Source: Fimbriimonadales bacterium (GTDB taxonomy: Bacteria; Armatimonadota; Fimbriimonadia; Fimbriimonadales; GBS-DC). Taken from it: a stretch of 64,000 bases of DNA. The notes beneath the pieces are model-generated. The model was not told where the DNA came from, did no database searches, and worked only from the letters and a program-made list of their open reading frames with translations. Below are positions 53,486 to 63,190 of the stretch, in pieces. Position numbers and translations under genes: made by a program. Every line of letters begins with the position of its first letter. The stretch's first letter is position 1. Where the stretch lies: the NCBI GenBank assembly GCA_046294565.1, contig JBKBKS010000001.1, positions 9,400 through 73,399 of the forward strand. The letters are read 5' to 3'.

Positions 53486-56470
53486 ATGAGGCAGGCACAG
53501 ACAGGCGGTTTGGTTCCCCGAATAGAGATTCAAGTGCGCCCTGACGCGGAGTCGGGCGTGTTGACTCAGGCGGTGCGGTCGCGTGTGGAGGGCAACGCGC
53601 GGCTGATTGGCAGTGGCGGCAGCGCAACCTATAGCGTGCGCGTGCTGGGCGGTATGGACATCGCGGTACGCCTCACAGCCTCTGGCGAGGGTCAGGTGCG
53701 CATCCGCACGCAGGCAGGCGGGCTATTGGCGCGTCCCATTCGCGGCGGCGTCAACACCCTGAACCTGACCACGCGCGCGCCGCTCAACCCGCCTGTGCAG
53801 ACCGTGCAGGTGATTGTGGAGGCGGCGCGACGGAGGCAGGTGCGATTCTACGCGCTGGAGATTCTCGCGACCGATCGGGACGAAGACCGCGACGGCGTCG
53901 GGGACGGCGTGGAGCGTCTGCTGGGCGCGCCGGCGAACGCCCTGCGTCCGATCGTTCCCGCCACGCCCCGCAGCTGCTACCAGACGGGCGCAGACTATAG
54001 CCCCCGACTGGACTTGGCGACCGACGCCGTGATTGTTCACAGTTTAGACCCTGCGCGTTTGGCGCAGTGGAGAGCGCGTGGCTATCCCGTCTTCGCGATG
54101 GGCGCGTTCCGCGATTACCTGCCCTATGTAGAGGCGCACCCACACGCCGTGCAACGCCGACAAGACGGCGAGCCGCTGAGCATCGAGGGCAGCTTCTACC
54201 TGACGCCCACGCCCGAACGCACCGAGACGCTCATTCGGCAGTACCTGCAGGCGTTGGAGGCGGGCGCGGACGCCGTGTGCCCTGAAGAGCCTGAATACTG
54301 GGCAGACGCTGGCTACGAGGAGGCGTTCCGTGCGCTCTATGAGGCGCGGCTCGGACGCCCTTGGCAGCCCCCCCACGAATCGCATGACGCCCGCTGGCGC
54401 GCCGACCGCCTGAAAGCGCAACTGATGAGCGAAGCCGTCCACGCCATCCTCAACGCCGCGCGCGCCTACAAACCCAGCGCGAAGCGCATGGTCGCCCTGC
54501 ATAGCCCGCTCAACTACGCCCTGTGGCGCATCTGCCTGATGCACCACGCGCTGATTTACGAGAACAACGCGCCCGTAGATGAAATCATCGGGCAGGTCTG
54601 GTCCGACACGGTGCGCACGCCGATACCCTACGACGGCGAGTACCAAGCCGAGCCGTTCGCGACCGCGTATCTGGAGTACGCCTCGCTGGCAGGGCTGACG
54701 CAAGGGTCGGGCAAGCGGCTCTGGTTCCTGTGCGACCCGCTGAGCGACACGCCGAACCGTCCGATAGCCGAGCATCAGCAGCTCTACTTCAACACGCTGG
54801 TCGCCGCGCTGATGTTCCCTGAGGCGACGGGCTACGAGGTATTGCCTTGGCCCGAGCGGATTTTCGGCGTCGCGCCTGCCGAGTATGCGACGGTGGTTCT
54901 CAGCGCGGCGCGCGCGTGCGAGGCGATAGCGCAGCAGCCGTCGGTGACGCTGGACGCAGGCGTCGAGGGGATTGGCATGCTCTTCAGCGATTCGATGTGC
55001 CTGATGCGCGGCGCGCCTGAGCTTGCCCCTGTGGAGGATATGATGACGCTGGGCGCGTCGCTGGTGAACGCGGGCGTGCCTGTGAGCATGCACTCGCTGC
55101 AGCGACTGCCCGAACAGCCCCTACCGCGTTCCCTGCGGATGCTCATTTGGACGCCTGAGAGCGTGAAACCCATGCGTGAGGCGGAACACCGTGCGCTCGC
55201 CGAGTGGGTGCAGGCAGGCGGCTGGCTGACGATTGTGGGCGGCGCGAACGGCTACGACGCCCTACCCGAGGCGCCGTGGCGACAGGCAGGCGCGCCCACG
55301 CCCATCCACTGGCTGATGCAGACGCTGGGCAAACCGATTGACCTGCAGCCTATCCCGCCCGAACCTGCGCCTGCCGACGCTTGGCGCACGCTCGGCGTTC
55401 ACGGTGCGGAGCCTGCGCAAGGCGTCTTCAACCGACGCTGGGTGGATCTCGACCTGCGCGAGTTCGCAGGTCAGACGGTCTACATCAAGTTCAGCGACAG
55501 CCGTCCCGACACGGGTTGGGGCGCGCTGCTGCGTCAGGCGCGTCTGGAGGCGGACGGTAAAGCTATCGCCGCGTTCTATACAGGCTCGCCCGCCGAGAGC
55601 CTCTTCCTGCACGCCCACCACAAGAGCCGTCTGAACGCCAACGGCGAGCGGTTCGCCGACTACGATGCATGGTTCGTGTATCGGTTCCCCCTGCCACAGG
55701 CGCGCTCGATAATGTTGCAACTGGAGCTGGCGCAGGAGTGGCAGTTGCAGCTCAGCACGCAGCCGCCCTATCGGGAGCATCAGGTGCTGCCCGTGCGCCC
55801 CGATTTGCCGCGTATCAGCCTGCGCGACGACGAGATGCTCACGCGCTACGAGCAGCCCGACGCGGAGCCGTTTTACACTTATGAGGGCGCGCCTGTGGGC
55901 GTCAGCGTGCGCGTGGGGCGCGGCGGCGTCGCGCTGCTGGGCGTGTCGGGCAGGGCGTTCGGCAACACAAAAGGCGGCGCACGCGACTGGCGCGCCATCG
56001 TGCAGTACCTGTGTGGGCTGGCGAACCTCCGCTATCGCGAACGCGCCCGAATCGTGGCGCGCCGGGGCGACTGGGTCGCCGCCTACGGCACTTACCGCAC
56101 GGTTGCACTGCGGGGAACCTACTTGGACGCGCTCGATGCGCGTCTGGCGATTGTAAGCGACCCTGCGCTGACGCCCCGAACGCCGCGACTGTTGCTGCAG
56201 GTGGAGAACCGCCTGCGCAGCGCGGGCTTGCTCCACACCAACGCGCAGGTGCTGCTGCGCCACGAGACGGGTGGGCAACTCGCCTACTTGGTACGCGGAC
56301 CCGAAGGGGTGAACGGCGTGGCACGGTTCAGCCTGCGCAATCTCAAGGGTCAAGCGAGCCTCACCGATACTCTGGGCAATCCGCTGCCGCTGAACGCCGA
56401 ACGCGAGGGCGCAACCCTGCTCGTGCGCTGGAATCTGCACCCCGACGGGCAAATCCTCACAGTGCGGTAG
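53486..56470 (+). CDS. large hypothetical protein (994 aa) with an acidic DRDEDRDGVGDG Ca-binding-like patch
   Basis: ATG 53486 lies 6 nt after GG-TACAAT (53474-53479). The long ORF has uniform coding-like composition. I recognise no catalytic motif and no obvious signal peptide. Confidence 0.6.
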   Translation: MRQAQTGGLVPRIEIQVRPDAESGVLTQAVRSRVEGNARLIGSGGSATYSVRVLGGMDIAVRLTASGEGQVRIRTQAGGLLARPIRGGVNTLNLTTRAPLNPPVQTVQVIVEAARRRQVRFYALEILATDRDEDRDGVGDGVERLLGAPANALRPIVPATPRSCYQTGADYSPRLDLATDAVIVHSLDPARLAQWRARGYPVFAMGAFRDYLPYVEAHPHAVQRRQDGEPLSIEGSFYLTPTPERTETLIRQYLQALEAGADAVCPEEPEYWADAGYEEAFRALYEARLGRPWQPPHESHDARWRADRLKAQLMSEAVHAILNAARAYKPSAKRMVALHSPLNYALWRICLMHHALIYENNAPVDEIIGQVWSDTVRTPIPYDGEYQAEPFATAYLEYASLAGLTQGSGKRLWFLCDPLSDTPNRPIAEHQQLYFNTLVAALMFPEATGYEVLPWPERIFGVAPAEYATVVLSAARACEAIAQQPSVTLDAGVEGIGMLFSDSMCLMRGAPELAPVEDMMTLGASLVNAGVPVSMHSLQRLPEQPLPRSLRMLIWTPESVKPMREAEHRALAEWVQAGGWLTIVGGANGYDALPEAPWRQAGAPTPIHWLMQTLGKPIDLQPIPPEPAPADAWRTLGVHGAEPAQGVFNRRWVDLDLREFAGQTVYIKFSDSRPDTGWGALLRQARLEADGKAIAAFYTGSPAESLFLHAHHKSRLNANGERFADYDAWFVYRFPLPQARSIMLQLELAQEWQLQLSTQPPYREHQVLPVRPDLPRISLRDDEMLTRYEQPDAEPFYTYEGAPVGVSVRVGRGGVALLGVSGRAFGNTKGGARDWRAIVQYLCGLANLRYRERARIVARRGDWVAAYGTYRTVALRGTYLDALDARLAIVSDPALTPRTPRLLLQVENRLRSAGLLHTNAQVLLRHETGGQLAYLVRGPEGVNGVARFSLRNLKGQASLTDTLGNPLPLNAEREGATLLVRWNLHPDGQILTVR

Positions 56471-57368
56471 TAGACGCTTGCACCCGATTGCGCAGCACGC
56501 CGATGCCCTCCGCCTCGAGTTCGACCACATCGCCCGGCTGCAGCCACGGGTAGGCTCCGTCGGGGTACTCCAGTAGGCAGCCGCCGCCGACCGTGCCTGA
56601 GCCAATCACATCGCCCACCTGCAGGCGCGTATCGCGTGAAGCGTGCGCAATCATCTCGGCGAAGGTCCAATACATCTCGCCTGCGCTGGCGTTAGTAATC
56701 TCCTGTCCATTCACACGGGCGCGCAGGCGCATATCCCAGCGGCTGCCGTGGTCGGGGTCGGGCGTGCGCCAGGCGTCCAGCTCGTCAGGCGTCACTACCC
56801 ACGGTCCCAGCGAGGTGGCGAAGTCCTTGCCTTTGGCGGGTCCCAGCCCGATGCTCATCTCGCGGCGTTGGATGTCGCGTGCGCTCCAGTCGTTCATCAG
56901 CGTGAAGCCTGCGATTGCCGATTCGGCGTCCGCGAGGCTCCAATCGCCGCCTGCGCGTCCGATGATGACGGCGAGCTCCAGTTCGAAATCGAGCGCGTCG
57001 GTCGCAGCGGGTTTGCGCACGGGCTGCTCGTGCCCCACGAGGCAGGCGGGATTAGAGAAGTAGAAAGCGGGGAACTCGTACCATGCGTCGGGCGGCGCGT
57101 CGTAGCCGCGTTTGCGCCGCGCGTTGCGCACATGCGCCTCGAAAGCGTAGAAGTCGCGCAGGCTCGGCGGAACCAGAATCGGCGGGCAGTAGCGCGCGGG
57201 CGCGACAGGCTCGCCCAAGCGCGCCAGACGCGCCGCACGCTCCGACTCGGAGAGCAGCAGCCACTCCCGAAAGTCGCGGCAGCCCGCCACACGCCGCCAC
57301 ACGCCGTCGCGCCAGAGGGTCAAACACGGCGGCGCATCGGGGGCAGGCTGCAAAGTGGCAAAGCGCAT
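56457..57368 (-). CDS. fumarylacetoacetate hydrolase family protein
   Basis: 303 aa. ...ELELAVIIG..., GLGPAKGKDFATSLGPWVVT, ...GDVIGSGTVGGG FAH-family pattern. Confidence 0.8.
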   Translation of the reverse strand: MRFATLQPAPDAPPCLTLWRDGVWRRVAGCRDFREWLLLSESERAARLARLGEPVAPARYCPPILVPPSLRDFYAFEAHVRNARRKRGYDAPPDAWYEFPAFYFSNPACLVGHEQPVRKPAATDALDFELELAVIIGRAGGDWSLADAESAIAGFTLMNDWSARDIQRREMSIGLGPAKGKDFATSLGPWVVTPDELDAWRTPDPDHGSRWDMRLRARVNGQEITNASAGEMYWTFAEMIAHASRDTRLQVGDVIGSGTVGGGCLLEYPDGAYPWLQPGDVVELEAEGIGVLRNRVQASTTAL

Positions 57369-57371
57369 CGC

Positions 57372-57860
57372 TTACTTGCGTATCTCCAAAATACGCAGGC
57401 GCACATCGCCTTTCGGCAGATGCACCGACACCTCGTCGCCCACCTTGTAGCCAATCAGCGCACTGGCGAGCGGGGCTTGGTAGGAAACCTTGTGATGTTC
57501 GGGGTCGGCCTCCGTGGCGCCCACAATCCGAAACTCGCGAGGCTCGCCCGTGTGGACATCTTCCACCTTCACATACGAGCCGACGCCCACATAATCGGTC
57601 GGGATGTCCTGCTCGCGGATAATCGTCGCGCTCTGCAGGATGCCACGAATCTCTTGAATGCGCGACTCCACATAGGCTTGGTCGCTCTTGAGGCTCTCCA
57701 GCTCGGTGTCTTCCGCGCTGAACTCGCCGTGTTCCTTATGCTCACGGAACGCCTCGGCGATGCGCATGCGCTCCACCGTTTGCAAACGGCGCAACTCCGC
57801 CTCCAGATGCTTAAAGCCTTCCTCTGTCAAGTAGATACGGTCGGGTTCAAAGTGCGTCAT
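57372..57860 (-). CDS. greA: transcription elongation factor GreA
   Basis: 162 aa. LTEEGFKHLEAELRRL coiled-coil N-terminus and C-terminal ...YQAPLASALIGYKVGDEVSV. SD GAGGAGGAG. Confidence 0.92.
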   Translation of the reverse strand: MTHFEPDRIYLTEEGFKHLEAELRRLQTVERMRIAEAFREHKEHGEFSAEDTELESLKSDQAYVESRIQEIRGILQSATIIREQDIPTDYVGVGSYVKVEDVHTGEPREFRIVGATEADPEHHKVSYQAPLASALIGYKVGDEVSVHLPKGDVRLRILEIRK

Positions 57861-58030
57861 CGCAATCTCCTCCTCAAAAGGCGGTATGCTTGATATGGCT
57901 AATACGCAGGTTATTCCACGAAGGTTCCCCTACATGACGGTATAAATTCGGGGCAATTGCGGTCTTTCCTGCCAATCACGCGCCAACAGCAGGAAAGTGG
58001 TCGTGTTTGTCGAATCGTTGGGTCATTCCG

Positions 58031-58360
58031 ATGAAGCTGGTCATCGCCGTGATTCACAATCGGGACAAGGGGCGCGTGGTGGACGCCTTGCTGGAGAGCC
58101 AGTTCAAGTTCACGCAGGTCGCCTCGACGGGCGGTTTCCTACGCGAGGGCAACACCACGCTGCTGATAGGCGTCGAGGACGCGCTGCTGGAGGAGCTGCT
58201 GCGCCTGCTGGAGCGCAACTGTCGCACGCGCGAGCAGTATGTGAACCCGATGCCGCCCGACGCCGCGCCGATTGGAACCTTCCTGCCGACCCCCATCGCC
58301 GTGGAAGTGGGCGGCGCCGTGGTGTTCGTGCTGAATGTGGAGCGGTTCGAACGGTTCTGA
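58031..58360 (+). CDS. darA: PII-like cyclic-di-AMP receptor DarA/PstA (DUF970)
   Basis: MKLVIAVIHNRDKGRVVDALLESQFKFTQVASTGGFLREGNTTLLIGVED...EVGGAVVFVLNVERFERF matches B. subtilis DarA/YaaQ along its whole length by eye. Confidence 0.85.
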   Translation: MKLVIAVIHNRDKGRVVDALLESQFKFTQVASTGGFLREGNTTLLIGVEDALLEELLRLLERNCRTREQYVNPMPPDAAPIGTFLPTPIAVEVGGAVVFVLNVERFERF

Positions 58361-58404
58361 ACCATGCAGGACTCCACGCCCCGAAACCGAACTCTCCTTG
58401 CCTG

Positions 58405-61116
58405 ATGACACGGATGGGACTGCTGATGGCAGGGATGGTTCTCGCTGCGCAGGTCGGCATGGCACAGCATCCGCGCCCCGACTTCGAACGGCGCGAGTGG
58501 CAATCGCTCAACGGCATCTGGGAGTTCCAGTTCGACCCCAAAGATGTCGGCTCCGAGCAGGGCTGGCACAGCCTGCCCACGCCCTATGAGCGCGCCATCC
58601 GCGTCCCCTACGGCTGGGAGAGCCAGCTAAGCAGGATTGGCGACGCTACTTACAAGGGCGTCGCGTGGTATCGCCGCGAGTTCACTCTGCCTGAAAAGTG
58701 GCGCGGGCGGCGCGTGTGGCTCTGCTTCGGCGCGGTCGACCACCACGCCGCCGTGTGGGTCAACGGGCAGCGCGTCGGCGAACACGAGGGCGGCTACTCC
58801 GAGTTCCGATTCGATATCACCCCCTATGTGCGCTTCGACCGCCCGAACACGCTGTCCGTGCGCGTGGAAGACCACACCGACCGCGAGACGCCGCTCGGCA
58901 AGCAAGTACCCGACTGGTACACCAGCGTCAGCGGTATCTGGCAGACCGTGTGGCTGGAGGCGACGGGCGCAGCGTGCATCCGCTATTTCAAAATCATCCC
59001 ATTCGCCGACGAAGCAGGCGTTCCGACAGGTGTGGTGGAGTTTACGGTGGAGCTCGACCGCGAGGAGGTGCGCGAGCCGTTGCAGCTGGAGCTCCGCGCA
59101 CGCGACCGCGCCTTCCCCACCCAGCGGTTCGGAGTGCTGGAAGCCGACGCCGAGAAGACCTTTCGGCTGATACTGGACAAGCCGCGCCTGTGGACGCCCG
59201 ACAGCCCCCACCTCTACGAGTTCGAAATGCGCCTGCTCACCGCCGACGGCAAGCAGGTCTACGACGCCGTGCAAGGCTACTTCGGCGTGCGCGCCGTGCG
59301 CTGGGGCAAGTACGGCGACTCCGAGTTCAGCTATGTGCTGCTCAACGGCAAGCCCATCTACCTGCGCGGCGCGTTAGACCAGTCCTACAATCCCGACGGT
59401 CTCTACACCGCGCCCAACGACGAGTTTCTAAAGCGTGATATCGAACTCGCCAAACGCGCGGGGTTCAACATGCTGCGCATCCACATCAAAGCCGACGAGC
59501 CGCGCAAGCTCTACTGGGCAGACAGGCTCGGCATGCTCATTCAGGCGGACATCCCGTGCTTCTTCAACCCCTCCGAACGCGCCCGACGCCTGTTCGAGAA
59601 GACCCTGCGCGATCAAATCCGCCGCGACTACAACCACCCCAGTCTCATCATCTGGACGGTGTTCAACGAAGAGTGGGGCATCGGCAGGCGCTCGGAAGAG
59701 AACCGCGCCCACCGCGTCGACTGGACGCTGCAGATGTACCAACTCGCCAAGCAGCTCGACCCCACGCGCCTCGTGCAGGACAATACAGGCTGGGCGCATC
59801 TGGAGACCGACCTGAACTCGTTCCACTGGTACGGACGCAATGTCGACCTGTTCCGCCATCAGTTTCAGATTGCGAACCGCCAAGAGGTGGGCGTCGGCAA
59901 GCGGTGGAACTATATCGACGGGCGCGTGAGCCGCGGCGAGCCATTCATTAATAATGAGTACGGCTACCTCGCGGCGTTCGACGGCGACGGCGACTGGTCG
60001 TGGGGCGTTCTTGCGATGACCAACACGCTCCGCTGCATGGACAAACTCGTCGGCTATGTTTACACCGAGCTGACCGATATCGAGTGGGAGCATAACGGCG
60101 TCTACAACTACGACCGCACGCCCAAAGAGTTCGGCTTCGACTTCTGGGCGGGCGGGATGAGCGTGCGCGACCTGTTCGCCGAGGACTTTCTGGTGATTGA
60201 CCTGCCTGCGATTAAGCGCGCTGCGCCGGGCGAGACGGTAGAGGCGCCGATTCTGTTCAGCCACTACTCAGGCAGGTTCACCAGCAAGCCGTTCACGCTG
60301 TTCTATCGGCTGGAGTATATCGATGCGCTGGGCAATCGTCGGCGCGGGCGGGCGCAGCGCGTGGTGTTTCCGCGCACGCCCCCCTACCAGCTCACGCCGC
60401 TCACAGTGGCGCGCGTGCCGCTGCCCGACGAGCCGTGCTTGGCGACTCTGGTGGTGTGGGCGGAAGATTGGAACGGCGTCCGCATCCACACCAACTACAC
60501 GCAGTGGCTGGTGGGGCTGGAGCAGCTGCCTGCGTTCGAGTTCAAGCGCGGGCGCGTGATTGTGCGTTTCCAGCCGACCGAGTATGTCGCCAGCGCGTTC
60601 AACCTGCAAAGCCAGCCCGACAAGCCGATTCGGGGCAAGCACTGGGTGCGCGGGCACGGCTCGGTGGAGTACGCCGTGCCCATCCCGGAAGGCGTGTCGC
60701 TGAGCGAGGTGAAGCGCATTCGCCTGCGGATGGAGGTAAGCGCGAAAGCAGGTCGCGAGAAAGTAGACTGGGCGCAGCGCGTCCACCCCGACGACTACCC
60801 CCAAACCGACGGCAAGAAATACCCCTCGCGCGTGATTGTGGAGATAGCGGGCGAGCGCGTCGCAACTTGGGAGCTGCCCGACGACCCTGCCGACGCGCGG
60901 GGCGTGCTGTCGCACTGGGCAGGCGTCGAACGCGGCAGCTACGGCTATCTCAAAGAGGCGACGCTGACGCTGAACCCCGTGCTACGCGCCCGAATCCAGC
61001 AAGAGCGGCAAATTCGCATCCGCCTAATCACGCCCCCCGATCTGCCCGGCGGTATCGCTATCTACGGCGCGTCGATGGGATGCTACCCGATGGAGCCGAC
61101 GCTGATCTTGGAGTAG
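58405..61116 (+). CDS. glycoside hydrolase family 2 protein
   Basis: Signal MTRMGLLMAGMVLAAQVGMA. GVAWYRREFTLP, VWVNGQRVGEHEGGYSEFRFDIT, NHPSLIIWTVFNEEWG (acid/base region). The ORF-track start 57997 overlaps darA and is rejected. Confidence 0.85.
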   Translation: MTRMGLLMAGMVLAAQVGMAQHPRPDFERREWQSLNGIWEFQFDPKDVGSEQGWHSLPTPYERAIRVPYGWESQLSRIGDATYKGVAWYRREFTLPEKWRGRRVWLCFGAVDHHAAVWVNGQRVGEHEGGYSEFRFDITPYVRFDRPNTLSVRVEDHTDRETPLGKQVPDWYTSVSGIWQTVWLEATGAACIRYFKIIPFADEAGVPTGVVEFTVELDREEVREPLQLELRARDRAFPTQRFGVLEADAEKTFRLILDKPRLWTPDSPHLYEFEMRLLTADGKQVYDAVQGYFGVRAVRWGKYGDSEFSYVLLNGKPIYLRGALDQSYNPDGLYTAPNDEFLKRDIELAKRAGFNMLRIHIKADEPRKLYWADRLGMLIQADIPCFFNPSERARRLFEKTLRDQIRRDYNHPSLIIWTVFNEEWGIGRRSEENRAHRVDWTLQMYQLAKQLDPTRLVQDNTGWAHLETDLNSFHWYGRNVDLFRHQFQIANRQEVGVGKRWNYIDGRVSRGEPFINNEYGYLAAFDGDGDWSWGVLAMTNTLRCMDKLVGYVYTELTDIEWEHNGVYNYDRTPKEFGFDFWAGGMSVRDLFAEDFLVIDLPAIKRAAPGETVEAPILFSHYSGRFTSKPFTLFYRLEYIDALGNRRRGRAQRVVFPRTPPYQLTPLTVARVPLPDEPCLATLVVWAEDWNGVRIHTNYTQWLVGLEQLPAFEFKRGRVIVRFQPTEYVASAFNLQSQPDKPIRGKHWVRGHGSVEYAVPIPEGVSLSEVKRIRLRMEVSAKAGREKVDWAQRVHPDDYPQTDGKKYPSRVIVEIAGERVATWELPDDPADARGVLSHWAGVERGSYGYLKEATLTLNPVLRARIQQERQIRIRLITPPDLPGGIAIYGASMGCYPMEPTLILE

Positions 61117-61121
61117 GCGCA

Positions 61122-62294
61122 CTATCGCTCCAGATAGCCCGTTATCACGCGCACGGCGCGTTCCAAGTCGGCTTCGCATACATGTTCCAGCGTGTCGGTG
61201 AGCCAGTGCCAGTTCGGGGGCAGTCCGGGTTCTTGCTCGCACCAGAGCGCAACCGCTCGGTAGTTCCCCAGCAGGAACGGCAGCGCGTCGGTGTATGCGC
61301 CGGGCGGCGTTGCGCTCGGCTGCAGACGCCATTCGGGATGCTCCGCCGCGAGGCGTTCGAACCGCTGAATCAGCTCAGGGTGTGCGCAGGCGCGCGGGAG
61401 CATCGCCTCCGCCGTCAGGTAGCGCGGCTCGCCCAAGCCGATGTGGTCTACAATCAGAAACTCGGCGTCGCGTAGCAGGTAGCCGTACTCGCGCTCGAAG
61501 GCGAACGCGCCGTTCGGTCTGCCCACCTCTTCGCAGCCTGTGAACACGCCCCAGACCTCCGTGTCGGGGAGGGGGTTCTGCGCGAGATGCTCCAGAATAT
61601 GCAACACCGCAGCGGTTCCTGAGCCGTTGTCGTTCGCGCCTTGCACATAAGGCATCGCCCACTCGCGGTGGAGCAGGATGATTATGCCCTGCAGCGCGAT
61701 TAGCCCGCCCAGCGTTATCGCTGCCCGCGTTAGGGGCGCAAGCCAAGCTGCGCCGAGCAGCGGCGTCAGCGCGAGCGCGAGCGCGCACAGGGTGTGCAGC
61801 GTCAGCGCCCCTGCCTGCAGCTGGAAGTTGCGCCCGAACGCGCGCGCCTGCTTCGGATGCCATAGGAGCGTGGCGCGTTGGGTGTCCAAGTGCGCTATCA
61901 GCACGACCGTGCGGCGCGGCGTCCGCTGCGCAGGCGCGACGGCTATCAAGTTCGCGCTCGCGCGTTGCGGACACAGGCGCGTGGCGTCCCAGCGTCCGCT
62001 GACCAAGCCCCAGAACATCGTCATCGCGCCTATGCTGAGCCACGCGCCCAACGCCCACGCGCCGCTCGCGTTCTGCCAAGCTAACACGGCAGACGCTACA
62101 AACAGCAGCGAGACCATCAGCCACGGGCACGCCAGCGACGACACGCTTCGGAACGGCTGCTCAAACGCGGTCAGTCCGTGCGCGTGCAGGCGGCGGCTGA
62201 GGTAGGCGCGCAGGCGCGACTCGGCGTCGGTCGTGGCAGGGCGCGCGCCGAAAGTGTGGATGATTTCAGTGAGATTCGCGTAGGCAGTAGGCAT
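61122..62294 (-). CDS. M28 family metallopeptidase with inserted TM segments
   Basis: IAHLDTQ, GANDNGSGTAAVLHILEHL, FTGCEEVG, VDHIG correspond to M28 metal ligand motifs. Confidence 0.75.
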   Translation of the reverse strand: MPTAYANLTEIIHTFGARPATTDAESRLRAYLSRRLHAHGLTAFEQPFRSVSSLACPWLMVSLLFVASAVLAWQNASGAWALGAWLSIGAMTMFWGLVSGRWDATRLCPQRASANLIAVAPAQRTPRRTVVLIAHLDTQRATLLWHPKQARAFGRNFQLQAGALTLHTLCALALALTPLLGAAWLAPLTRAAITLGGLIALQGIIILLHREWAMPYVQGANDNGSGTAAVLHILEHLAQNPLPDTEVWGVFTGCEEVGRPNGAFAFEREYGYLLRDAEFLIVDHIGLGEPRYLTAEAMLPRACAHPELIQRFERLAAEHPEWRLQPSATPPGAYTDALPFLLGNYRAVALWCEQEPGLPPNWHWLTDTLEHVCEADLERAVRVITGYLER

Positions 62295-63159
62295 CGGCTT
62301 GGCTCTCGCGCCACATACGCACCAGACGGTTCGGCAGCCACGGCGCGCGCAGGAACAGCGTGCCGATGCTGAACGCCCGCGCGCCCAACGCCCACAGCTC
62401 CTGCAGGTCGTGCAAGGTGTAGACGCCGCCGCCTGCGATAGTCGGCACGGTGGTCGCTTGGGCGAGGCGTTGAACGGCTTCGCGCACGAACGGTCGGATT
62501 GGCTCGCCCGACACGCCGCCCCCGCCCAGTTTCGACAGCGGCGAGCGTCGGTCGGGGTAGACCATTCGCCACGGCACGGCGTTAATCGCGTGTATCGCCT
62601 CCGCGACGCCTTCCAACGCCTGCGCGATGGCTACATAGGGCTGATCGTAGCCCACCTTCACAATCAGCGGGTGTCCCGTCTCGGCTAACGCCTGCGCGAC
62701 GGCGCGCACATGGGAGACGGCGTCCGCTTCACAGTGCGCCACATTCGGGCAGGAGGCGTTCAGCTCGATGGCGGTCATCGACAGAGGTCGCAGTTTCTGG
62801 GCGAACGCGCGCGCCTCCTCCACGCTTTCAGGATATACCGAGACCACGATTTGCAGGTTCATCCGACGCATGCGCGGGTAGCAAGTGCGCAGCCACCAGT
62901 CGACGCCAGGGTTGGTCAATCCGACAGCGTTGACAACGCCGCCTCGAGTGAGGCGCACGCAGCGCCACGGGGCGTACCAGCGCAGGTTGCCCTGACGCGG
63001 GCGCAGCGTGAGCGTCTTCACCACAATCGCGAAATCGTGAGGGTTCAACACGCCTGCCCAGCGCAGGGGGTACTCCCACCACCAACCGCGACCGTCAAAC
63101 CCCAGCGCGCCGCTGCCCGTGAGAAACTCCACCTGCTCGCCGTTGGAGAACCTAATCAT
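62266..63159 (-). CDS. dihydroorotate dehydrogenase-like TIM-barrel flavoprotein
   Basis: NAVGLTNPG, IELNASCPNV, GGGVSGEPIRP, PTIAGGGV resemble the class 1 DHOD family. Confidence 0.7.
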   Translation of the reverse strand: MIRFSNGEQVEFLTGSGALGFDGRGWWWEYPLRWAGVLNPHDFAIVVKTLTLRPRQGNLRWYAPWRCVRLTRGGVVNAVGLTNPGVDWWLRTCYPRMRRMNLQIVVSVYPESVEEARAFAQKLRPLSMTAIELNASCPNVAHCEADAVSHVRAVAQALAETGHPLIVKVGYDQPYVAIAQALEGVAEAIHAINAVPWRMVYPDRRSPLSKLGGGGVSGEPIRPFVREAVQRLAQATTVPTIAGGGVYTLHDLQELWALGARAFSIGTLFLRAPWLPNRLVRMWRESQADAYCLRESH

Positions 63160-63190
63160 CGCGTACCCCCGCGAGCGCGGCGCGGAACGG

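Noticed and set aside
54044-56605. Minus-strand ORFs of 349 and 447 aa
   Set aside because: They lie antisense to the 994-aa ORF (and to the FAH gene end). Their R/A/G/H-rich composition and lack of start signals mark them as shadow ORFs.
56643-57893. 416-aa plus-strand ORF
   Set aside because: It lies antisense to both the FAH-family gene and greA, which are clearly recognisable.
57997-58404. N-terminal 136-aa extension of the GH2 ORF (ORF-track start 57997)
   Set aside because: The extension overlaps darA in another frame and is R/G/A-rich. A signal peptide begins at ATG 58405.
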